From: Bugula neritina
Lineage: Eukaryota > Animalia > Bryozoa
Length of the DNA: 64,000 nt
Direction of reading: 5' to 3'
Assembly (NCBI GenBank): GCA_964035545.1
Contig: OZ037765.1
Location: 29,697,504-29,761,503, forward strand
Position numbers and translations under genes: made by a program. Positions 11,600-23,300 of the stretch are shown here, piece after piece (positions within the stretch are counted from its first letter, which is position 1; the number at the start of each line of letters is the position of its first letter). A model generated the notes under the pieces. It was not told where the DNA came from and ran no database searches. It was given only the letters and a program-made list of their open reading frames with translations.

Positions 11600-14500
11600 T
11601 TATTACACTTTACTAGGTGACCACTCAAAAAAAGTTGTTTCTAGATTAAAATTTTGTGCTGATTCTGAATCTACAAACTCTAGAATTTTATCTCTACCCA
11701 AACTCAAGATATTACAAAATACAAATCGGCATCTTGGATGGGTGATAAAAAGAAATGTGGATTGTGCAAAATAGTATCCAATTCTACCAAGCTATGTTGA
11801 AGAAAAAATATTTGCTGAAAAACCAAAAATAATTGCTTCTTACTTAGAATTCTATGCTGATACTGAATTTAAAGACTGCAAGAGGTTATCTCAAATTAAA
11901 ACCAATTAGTTGTTTATATAAACATATATGGTTGTTATGAATCGACATATTGCATGCGGCATAAGCATGCAGAATAATTGTATGACCAAGTTATTTATAC
12001 AAAAATAAAAACAAAGTCATGCTGATGTATGAAAAAACTATATTTATAAAATTATAGCACAAAATAAATGTTGAAATGAATCAATATTGAAATCTTTTGA
12101 GCACAGCCCAAGTGAATCATTTGCTATAGTCTGTCAGTAGCCGTTAAACATCTGCAAAAGTCAACAAGATTCTGTAAAATTGTTTAGAGAAACAGAAGCA
12201 TGAGAGATGATCAAAATTAAATTGGTAGTAGCAAAATATATAACAAATGTCTAAAAATAGCGCTTTACTATGAAAAAGTATTCTCGCCATCATTGTAACC
12301 GTCGTCAGTCTCATCAGCTTCTTCTTCCCCAATATAGCCCTTCTTTTCAGACAATCCTTACATTGACAAACATCAGTGCATGCACTGCATTTGAGACTTC
12401 TGACATCCACATCTTGATATGTTGCAGCCGGTCTTATAGGAGCAATTTAAACTTTGCAACATACATGTTCAGGTTCTGAAGCTTGAATCATCCACTTTAT
12501 ATTTATGCTGCCATGATTCTCAACAATCCTCCCATGATGTTCTGGGGTGGTGCATCAATATAGGCTGCTGTCACCCTTCTCCAAATGGCTGCCTGATAAC
12601 TTGCTCTTTTTGCGTACAAACTTAATTCATCTTTTGTTGGAAGCAAACTGTATTGAGTTATTTTAGACGGTGAACAAAATACACTGTATCGGACATCATC
12701 TATATTTAAATTTCCTGCTCCATAAAGTTTATAGACAAATTGTTCTACTTCAGCCGCTGCAATGGCTGGCAGCTTGAAATATTTTCAAAGGTGTTCAAAG
12801 CTTCCCATACATTCTGGATATTTTCTCAAAAGAGAGTAGGCTGTGCGCTCTCCTTTTTCATAAAAACATCATAGTCGAATCACAACCTGTTAAAGCATGA
12901 AATTTAGTAATTGCTGCACACAACTGCAGTCCGGATTTATTTGCTGCAATGTTGACTTCCAAATACCTAATATGATTATGGTTTCCTCCCTATTTTTATT
13001 TTGTTATCATATATATTAATATTACTTATATAGCTGTTGTATTGATTGCTAAATAGCTAATATGCTATTAGCTATAATAGCTATATTATTTTTACGAATG
13101 TGTGTGGGACAAGAAGTAGTAATACATTAATAATAGACACTATCTTTAATGAACACTTATTAACAAAAGATCTTTCAAACAACATGCAAGATGTATAAAA
13201 TATACAAAATTAATAAGTTAATGCAGATCAAAGGAATTAATTTATGTGCTAAATAACAAGCAATTGATCCAAGTTTATTTTAGTATACATATATTTCAAT
13301 AACATTAAAATAAATTGCACATAAAAATACATTTTACCAAAATAAATAACTAGCGTCTAAGTAGGAAATTTAGCCTAGTCTCTATCTAGGATGACACCAT
13401 GATTACCACACCCGTGAAAAAATATAATTGGTAAGAAGGTAATGTTTTGCAAATAGCAAGACTTAAGATGAAAACTTCAATGTCTTGAGATTTGATTATT
13501 ACACTTGGGCTTATGATGTTCATGAGATATTTTGCATGTAACAAAGTTTGTGTACCTGCTTCCTCATGATCTAATTGTAAGCATTTGAGTTCTGTTTTCT
13601 TAGGAATTCCACCATGTTTGAAAAATTCTTGCTGAATGCACTTTTTTTGGTATGCAACAACTATAATAACAATATAGTTCTCTAAAGTAATTTTACTCCA
13701 TGTTTCACACAAAAATGCAGCAAAACGCAGCTTGTTTTATTTGCTGATAAGAAATTATTATTTTTATGACAAATGGCACATATGAAAAAAGTACATGCCT
13801 ATATGATCTTTGATTAAGGCAACCCAAGATCATTTTTTTAATGGGTGGCTTAAATAATACCATATAATATATTTTAAATTATAGGAAACCTTTAAGGTAT
13901 TTCTTCTGTAATTATAACTGAGCTTAATTGACTTTAGAGTCATTATATTAAGATAGTATAAAAATATGCATTTTAACCAATAGCATTGTTTTAACAACCA
14001 AATTGCTTATGTATATAATTTATAGTTCAGCCTAAATTTATTGGCAAAGCTCAATTGTACACATTTAAAATATTATCTTCCGGAGTCCAGACCAACTTGC
14101 TCATTCTTCTCATTACTTTTTTGTAAAAGTAGTTATTATAATAAAAATCGTGAAGAAAATCTTTGTCAGACACAGATTTACTTATAATTCGGCTTTTTTA
14201 TAGCTGATCAATGATAATGTTTGCCTTATAACTAAAAAACCCATTCCTTTGCTTGTTTTCTTCCATATAGTCCACTTTTTTCAGATTTTTTCACAAGAAA
14301 ATCACTAGAATTAAACTCAGAGAAGTAAAAAAAACATCTATGATTATCTGCAAAAGTTTTTGCTTGTATATATAATAAACTAGCTTCAATAATTTCAAGA
14401 TAATATTTAATGGATTTGGACAAAGTTGTGGGTAAACAACTCCTATAAAATTTTAAAGCGCTTTCGTGACCAACTGGGTGGACAGAAAAATTTAGAGTTT

Positions 14501-14760
14501 TTATAACAGAAAGTGAAAAAAGTATCTATAACTATCAGCAAAATAATTTTGCTTATATAAAATAAATTAGTTTTAATAGTTCCAAGATATTTAGCCGATT
14601 CACAAAAACGTTAAGAGAAGACAACTCCTGATTCTTTTTAAAAGTTTGAGGCGCTTTTGTGGCTAACTGAGTGCACAGAACAGTCTAGAGTTTTTACAGA
14701 TTAATTAGGACCCTAAAAACTTTCCATTTCTAAAAAATTGCGTAGCCAGCCCTCAGAGTG
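11600..14760 (-). mobile_element. Decayed Academ-type DNA transposon (XPG/FEN1-like domain plus Cys-rich CXC finger); boundaries approximate
   Basis: Minus-strand fragments with stops and frameshifts: LQLDHEEAGTQTLLHA..SVIIKSQDIEVFIL (13386-13712 ORF), FHALTGCDST (~12870-12900), EQFVYKLYG..IDDVRYSVF, LLPTKDELSLYAKRASYQAAIW (~12585-12650), CSYKTGCNISRCGCQK/CTDVCQCKDC (~12350-12445). A degenerate direct repeat lies at ~14450-14505 / 14645-14700. Confidence 0.72.
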
Positions 14761-16024
14761 TAGTGAGTGAGAGATAATTGGAGGTTACTTCTAGACTACC
14801 AGTGTTGGTGGTAAAGCATATGTATATAATCATAAGTTATACTTATATGTAATTGGCTGTAATTAATTTCTGTTAAATATTTTTAGTTCATTCATTATCA
14901 ATTGAAAAATTTTGAACCCTCATGTGTTTGAAATAACAATTATGACAAAACTTATAAAAAAAAGCTTTTAATTACCACAGTTTTTGTTCAGTTTCCTAAA
15001 TTGTCAATTTTAATAATTTATTAAATACAAGGCACACTATACAGTGTAAAAAAGTTTAGTTTTATACAATTCATAAAACAACTCCTTCTACATGACATAT
15101 TAAAGTTAGATATTTAGCTGAAATGCAAATAGAGAAAGATGCAGTTATAATAGTACATCTTTCATGCATCTAAAGTCTAAACAATACGAAAGCCTTACTC
15201 TAGTCTACAATATCATAAATTGTAAAATGAACTAAACTTGACTTGAGCAATTTTTTTATATTTTGACTTTTGTTAAATAAACCTTTCAACATTGATGTAC
15301 AACAGCAGCTAGCTAAATAGTTCTGCTAATAATAATTTAATCAAAAAATTACTAGCCATAAAACACTAAATACCTTATGTTATAGCCAAATGAATAAGGC
15401 TTTAATTACCAAAGCACCTAAATTTATATAGCAGTGACATTTTGTAAATGCTAACTATAAATATTTTTGTTCTAGCAATGTTCCAATAAATATTTTTTTA
15501 TAAAAGTATATACATGTAAATTTGTAATTTAGATTTTCTATTATGTTATTAACTGTACTAACTTTTGTCTGTTGTGGCTGGGCACTTTTCACTTTAAACT
15601 ACAAATGTTACTTTGGTGTATTTCTAACGTAAAGATTATGTAGATTTTATTACATAAGAAGGCAAATTTAATTTTAATAGAAACAATAATACTTTAAAAA
15701 AAACATAAAAAGATGACATTTATTTACACTAAATTTAATCTTCCTACCATAATACTGGTTAAATTTGGTACATGCAATTCAAGTATCCTAATAAATCAAA
15801 AAGGCTAGGTGGCTATAATCTGATTGACAAAAATATAGCAGCTTGGTTCATATTTAGTTTTATTATTACTTTTTCATCATCTTGTGGCACAACATTAATG
15901 CTGAATCAAATTTGTAATCATGCATGGTTTTGTGTTTTCTGCACAAGTTTTATCACATCACTCTGGGAACATTCTCACAAGCTGGACTGCATTCATGCAG
16001 AGTTATCATATTTTCTTGAAAGAA

Positions 16025-16190
16025 AAGTAGCGCGTGTTTGCCCATGCATGGTAATATAAACATCATCTATATATTGGATCATAAAACCTGTTTATTATCA
16101 TAATAATATTATAGTGCAAAGCTACCCATTGCCGAAAAGCACGTGTTGGCCATTCGCTTCCAGGCTCTGAAGGTCTGCAAAAGGTAACAA
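16025..16190 (+). promoter_or_regulatory. CAD core promoter / non-coding first exon with E-boxes
   Basis: CACGTG at 16140-16145, CGCGTG (CACGCG on minus) at 16031-16036, ATTGG at ~16073, splice donor AAG|GTAACA at 16183/16184, and local CpG enrichment. Confidence 0.6.
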
Positions 16191-16369
16191 CTTTTACTGA
16201 CACTTTTGATATTTCTATTTAGCTGATTACAGCTCTACCACTTTCCCTATTACTGTTTAAACTGTTCCATCACTTCTAAAGCTTAAGATTGAGTATGGCC
16301 ATAGGCAATGGCATAACTAAATTTTGCACTTTCATTTTGACTTGGTCAGTTGGTGGTTTTGAGTTGGTC

Positions 16370-16720
16370 TTTGACTTACAACAGTTAGTGTTAGTGTTAG
16401 TGTTACTGTTAGTGTTAGTGTTAGTGTTACATTTACTGACATGGAGCTAGTCTTACAGTCACTGTTAGATTTAAATGTCAACAGTTTGAGTTACTACTAA
16501 CTGATAGTGATAGTATTAGTTTTACTATAGAATTAGAATAGACATACTCATACTCATAGTAATAGTTACTGATAGTTTTAACTCTATTTCTGGTTTTAGT
16601 GGTGTGAGTTTAACAATAACTATAAATTGATATTAATATTATTGTTATAATTTGAATTATATTTAAAATGATATTATGTTTATAATACTACTACTAATAG
16701 TAATACTATAAATACAAGTA
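16370..16720. repeat. Promoter-proximal 6-bp periodic AGT/ACT tract (CAD 5'UTR intron)
   Basis: agtgtt agtgtt agtgtt actgtt agtgtt agtgtt agtgtt; actgat agtgat agtatt agtttt actata; actcat actcat agtaat. Confidence 0.75.
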
Positions 16721-17377
16721 AATTTGATGTATATGTTATTTTTCATTTAATTTATTTATTAGAACCACTATGATTATAATTCATTAAAATAATGAAACAC
16801 AAAAAATAATGTTTTTTTCACCATGTAACTATAAGTATAAATTTAGGAGATAATGATGTAATTTGGCTTTAGTAACTGTAGGATTATGATAAAGATGTTT
16901 TATTGTGCAAAGAGCATGTTAACTTGTGGAGTAGTAGGCTACAGTAAAGGGTGAAGTCAGTATACACATAAAACACTGGCTATTTACCTAAAAGCTGTTC
17001 ATAGATTTTTTTCTGAAAGCTTGTATATAGCTACAATGCTACAATACAATACTTAAGCAAAACATAAAACACCAATTTGCAAAATATCTTTTTACTGTGA
17101 TCAACAAAAATACATGCACTGTGGAATGATTATACTACAATAATAGGATTAGCCTTAAGTGTATGTTGAAGGTACAGTATTTTTTTAGATTTATCCTCAA
17201 CTTTAATCTGAATCTGCCTTTTAGAAAGAGGAAGTTGAACTTGCCTCTACTTAGTTAACAGTGAAAGTTGAAACGCTGGCAAAAGAGCTTAAAATTTTTA
17301 GCCAGACTGTTGAAAAGTTTTAGGTTTGATTTTTGATATTTCAATTGTAGATATTTGTGTGGCCAGGTAATAGCAAC

Positions 17378-20300
17378 ATGTGTAGGCAAACTTCAGAGAT
17401 TCATTCAAAAGCTCGGCTAATCTTGAACGATGGCACTGTTTTTCATGGCTATGCATTTGGCTGCTGTAAAAGCACTGCTGGAGAAGTTGGTAGGTTAAAG
17501 GTTTGAATCTAAAAGATATTATGTTTATATTGTGAATTAATTTAAGACAGGCCAACTGTTACTTTTAATTTTTTCCGATTATTTTTCATTAGATGTGTTG
17601 TAAACAAACTGTTTTAAAGAGTCAAAATCTGTATGAAAATTTTGCCCATTTGACACTTTGGTTGTATATCACATATATAAGCGCTAGCTTAACAATGTCA
17701 TCTCTGAAATTGATAAGCAGGTTTTATTGAACTAGAGAAATTTAAACTGACTAAATTACACCCAAAATTTCTTCATATAATTTATAAATGCTCAATATTT
17801 TTCAATGTGGTTTTTATAAACAATGTAAAAATGAAATTACTGTTCCAGTGTTTCAGACTGGAATGGTTGGTTACCCAGAATCCTTGACTGACCCGTCGTA
17901 TGCTAAGCAGCTGCTGGTGCTGACCTACCCTCTCATTGGTAACTACGGTGTGCCAGGTGATGAGTACGACTCACTCAGTCTTCACCGTCACTTTGAGTCA
18001 TCTAAGATACAGGCTTCTGGTCTGGTAATATCTGAGCTGTGCACAAAGTACAGTCACTGGAAAGCTGTCAAGCCTCTAGACGCCTGGCTCTCTGAACATA
18101 ACGTCACTGGAATTTATGGTGAGTCATTCTAGGAGTCATCTCATTGGCCACAGTTAACTTCTTCACCATAAAAAGTGAGATAGTGAGTGAAGCAGTTTGT
18201 GTGTTTTGCTAGAATAATAGTAAATGCAGTACAGTGCTCCCTCCATATCTCAATAAGCTGAGGGTCCTGAAACTTCAATTCGTGACATGGTAGAATACCA
18301 AATTTAGCTCACTGATTAAATTAGGCCATTTTGCCCTTATAAACACATACATAACTCACAAAAGGGGGGGTTTGAGCCCTTCAGGTAACCTATGGGATTT
18401 GGTGAGAAAGGGACCTGCCAGACTGTAAAGGGAGCACTGTATAACATTGAGGAATTATGTTATGTAACATGGTCATAATCACCTTTGCAGAGCCTTGTCC
18501 AAATGTTATTTTGGAATGAAAACATTATTTACTAGTTTCAGAAGTTGTACTAGCAGAAACTTTATTTGTTGCATGAAAATCTAAATTATTTGCTATTGGC
18601 CCACTTTAAAGGAAACATTGTAGATTAGCAATAATTCAACATAGTTGTAGTGTTATATAACACTGAAACAATTGGATAGAAATGAATAGTTTGCCCTAGG
18701 CTCTAGCAACTAGTTCTAATCTAGTGAGTGGTTAAGTGGTATCGAATTCTGTGGTCAGCATATCTCTACGAAGTCTTGTACTGAACTTGCTTTACTGAAC
18801 TGTTCACAGGGCTGTTTTTCTTCATTACATAACGTAGTGCTTTAAGAATAAACTAGATTCTAAAATGTTGATGTATTTCAATATAACATGAGAGTAAAGA
18901 TGTGTCTATGCTTTACATAGATTTTATTCAAAACTCAACAGTTATATCGTTATGGAGCCATTCTGACTGTTGAAATACAGTTAAAATAAAACAACAATTT
19001 TGATGCGTTTTCACTTCTTTGCTATGAGTTAGATTTTAGTTATACTTACCTGTTATACCTGTGCTTTGTTTCTAGGTATTGATACTCGAGAGTTGACCAA
19101 GAAGATTCGAGAACATGGTACCATGTTGGGCAAGGTTTGTTGTCAGAAAAGATGATTGTTTCTACACTAACATACAAATATAGTTATATATCTGACTCCA
19201 GCTGTACTAATAAGTTATCATGTGTTAGCAAACTGTAAATTTTTGTATTTTCTTTTTTAGTAATTAGGAATTTTGTCACGTATTCCCTGAAAATAAATTT
19301 GTTCTTGCATATTTTTCAAATTTTGGCATCGAGACTTTTAAACTGAGTCTATTTGTTCACGTCTCTGTACTAAAACCTGTTTGGTAAGATCTAGCTTAAC
19401 GGTGCTTTTCCAGGCCAGTGTATCTATGCAGTAATTTTTGTCCAAGATTCAGGAAACTTATATTTCAAAATCCAATTTACCGTAAATTTCTTTATAAATT
19501 GCAAATTACTAAATTCTGTTTGGTTTTGCATTGGGAAATCTTATAATTTTATCAAGTGCTACGTGCATGATTGATTTAAGTTTTAATATTTAAATAAGAA
19601 TAATACTAATAAATGATAAGATGTTGTGAATTGTATAATGACTTGTCTGGGATGCAGATTGTAGTGGGAGATGAGGATGAAGCAAAAGTAGACTTTGTTG
19701 ATCCAAACATTGAAAATCTAGTCTCTGCCGTCTCTTGTAAGGTAATTATGGCAGCAGTGAAAGTAGTAATTGTTGTTTATGGCTGATCCCTATGTTCCCA
19801 TGTTTCATTCTCATGGTTTGAATGGATCTGTAAGAAATGGTGCTCATAGAAATGAATGATTGCTCAATGGATTTATGGATTTCACCTATGGTTGTTGTTT
19901 TATTAAGTTACGCTGTCCCCTTACATTAAAGAAAAATCATTGCATAATGTATGGTACTGGAATGGAGCACAAGTTAAGCATCATTTGAATAAAATATTAT
20001 TCCCTCATCTGATGAATAATAGAAAGAAGTGTAAATATTATGAAGTACTCAAACTGTTGCAGTTGGTTTGAATGTTTTGTTTACATCAGTTTCCACTCTT
20101 TCTGTCAGTAAACAAAGGAAATGTTTTCTTCAGACTTCTAAAGTGTATAACAGCAGTGGTAAGTATTCTATACTCGCTGTGGATTGTGGTATCAAGAACA
20201 ATCAGATAAGATGTCTTGCAAACAGAGGTGCTAAAGTGACTGTTGTACCTTGGGATTACGATTTTATTGAACAAGGTAATGTGGTTTACCTCTTGTATAG

Positions 20301-23300
20301 CAGTCATATCATAATAACCTTTGTTTTACAAGTTTCTTATGAGAACATATCTTGTTTTGTTAGGTTTATAATCTAAAATACAGGCTGTTCTCAATTTCTA
20401 CACATATCTCTGGTTTATATTCCCAAGTTTCAGTGGCTTTTTCTATTCCAGTTTCAGTTGTTGAATCATAACTTCACTCTAGTCCCACTTGTAAATTGTG
20501 TAAACTTGTGTTTCTTTTTATGCTTACAGTGATTTTACAGATAAAATGATATACAATTTATTTACAAAAGTTTTAAGCATTGCCTTCCTTATTGAATACT
20601 GGGCAAACTTACTCATTAACATTGCACTAATTTTTTCTCAATTTAAATCTTTATATGTCATCGGAAATATAAGCTAAAGTATTTACATTTATACCTTATA
20701 CTTTCGGGAGCAGCCGTTAAAATAAAAACTTTTACTATCAGGAGTTCTTGTGAGTTATTGCTATTTATACTGGAGCAGTACTACTATAGAGTTGTTTCTT
20801 CTCCTTCACAGAATACGACGGACTGTTTATCAGCAACGGGCCAGGTGACCCGGTGGTCTGCTCTAAGACAGTTGACAACATCAGAAAGGCACTCAACCTG
20901 AAGAAACCTATATTTGGTATCTGTTTGGGACATCAGCTGCTTGCCAGAGCTGCTGGATGCCAGACGTACAAGCTGCCGTGAGTTTGTCACAAATACAACT
21001 GTGTTTGCAGCATCTGATAACTTCTAGTACATTGTTTATATTCAAAGTTGCAACTGCTACTTTGTTCTAATGTTATAGCATAGCCAGGACATAGAAATTA
21101 GAGTTTAGTTCTCAAGTGTTGTGGTGAACGAGTGATGGCCAATTTGCTTTTTGTGGGGTAACTAACTAGTTACCTATCACCTGTTACTTATCCAATTAGT
21201 TTCTGTAAAAGTGTTGCTGCTGATTAAGAACATGCTGGTCACAGTTTTCTTACCTGTTTTGAATATTTGAAGCATATTCATTCATACACAGATCATTGAA
21301 AGTTCCTCCATGATGTCAAATTTTGAATCCATCTTATGTTTTCTCATTTAAATGTGTCTCTCTTCACTTGTGTGACATACTTTATTGAAACAAATGTATG
21401 AGGTTATGCACATAGCATAGCTGAATACGTTCTCTGTTTATCATGGATTTTAGCTCAGTTGGCCACTGTGTGTTTGTAGGTATGGTAATCGAGGGCACAA
21501 CCAACCCTGTACCCACCTGTCTACTGGTCGTTGTTTCATCACCACACAGAATCACGGGTTTGCCGTAGACTCCTCTCAACTGCCTAGTGGCTGGAGCGAA
21601 CTGTTTGTCAATGAAAATGATAGAAGCAACGAAGGCATCGTACACGACTCCCTTCCATATTTTAGGTATTGCTGGGCCTGGTTATACTTGGCTCATTGTT
21701 TTTCATATAAACATAAAAGTTACAAGTTACATTATTTCACTTAGTCTTCAGACTGTGGTAAAAATAGATTAAGCTGATATATTATGATTTATTAAATGAT
21801 GTGCTGGGATGACACTTAGACAAGCTCATTAATTTTATCTCTTGACAAGTATACTTGAATTGAATATTGTTTACATCATTATGCTCCAACAAAGAACTTC
21901 AGTTTCATTATACTTTAACTGGTTATTCATCAAGTATTTGCAAATTATGCTAATGGTGTCTCTCTACCTTTTCTTCCTATTGCCTAGTGCTCATGAAAGA
22001 GTAGGACTACTGAACATGTCTCAAATATAATATACACATTAGTTTCTGGTAGTTGCCTTCTCGGCTGCTGATTTGTTTTGCATATCGGTTGACTACAATT
22101 CTAACTCAGCCTAGATTGGCCCAGAACTGGTTTAACACCTATAGCTGCCACCTAAGTTTCAAATTATGTTTGAAAACTCTTTAATGATAGACAACTCTTA
22201 CATTGCCGAAAATCTCAATTTCTGGATAGTTTTCTGAAAAAATTCTCACTTGGATAATATTGGATCTGCCATCTTGCTATATGTAATACCAGTAATAATG
22301 CTTTGTTGGAATAGGATACCTTGAAATAACATGGATTTCATTGCATGTCTGTTCATATAATGTTACATTTTCCATTTTAGCTTCTACTCTTAGCTGTGGT
22401 AGGTTAATTTTTCAAAGTGTTTGCTATAATTTGCTATTAGCATTGCTAGATTCTGCACAGGCTATGCTCAGTGTTTATATTCACAACAACTTTGCTGATT
22501 TTTGATCACATTTCTTTCAGCTTTGAGTTGTGCTTTGGTAGTTGATTCATTAGCTTTAGAGTTTCAGCATTTAATATCAACCATAAATTTAGGAGTTATT
22601 TTTTCAACTGCATTGAATGATTGTAAAGACTGACTGACCTGCCCTCTAGAATGCTCCTTATGTTGTGCTAATTTTAGCCTATGTGTGAAAGTAGCTGTAC
22701 TTTGCATGTTAGTTTTTACTATATAATCTGCTTACTGTGGATTTATTAAAGTAAAACATTTCTGCTTAAAGAATTTCTGGTGCTTTCCAAGCTTTTATTT
22801 TCCCCTACTTTTCCATAGGTAAAGATTATCAATTTAGGAACTGTTATAAACTTCCCAGTGTGTACGGTATTGTGAAAATTGTTTTTGGTGGTAAAAAGCA
22901 AATTTGTATTATTTACTTAAAATAATTAATTTTAATATGTCACTCAGTGAATTCGCCGCAACGTCTGCTCTATTGTGGGCCATATTAGTCCACCAGTTGT
23001 TATTCACATATAGTGTGCAGTTTCACCCGGAAGCAATGGGAGGACCTGAAGATTTGGAGGTTCTCTTTGATGTCTTCATCCAGCAAGTCCAGAGTTCAAA
23101 GTTTGGTGCTGAGACGGGCATCACAGTCAAGGAGAGACTGAATACTGCGTTGAGGTAGGATATTCTACGAGTTTCTGGGAAAATCAGAGAGTTTAATTGA
23201 ATTGTGAGCTACAAGTGGAGTTTATTGTTTAGGTTCGACACGCGGGAAGTTGTGAAGAGACTTTCCCCTAGAAAGGTCATTGTGTTGGGGTCTGGAGGTC

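Noticed and set aside
22060-22700. Possible Penelope/GIY-YIG retroelement remnant in CAD intron 7
   Set aside because: Only a vague YI.Q.GR-like fragment was seen, which cannot be supported without a search.
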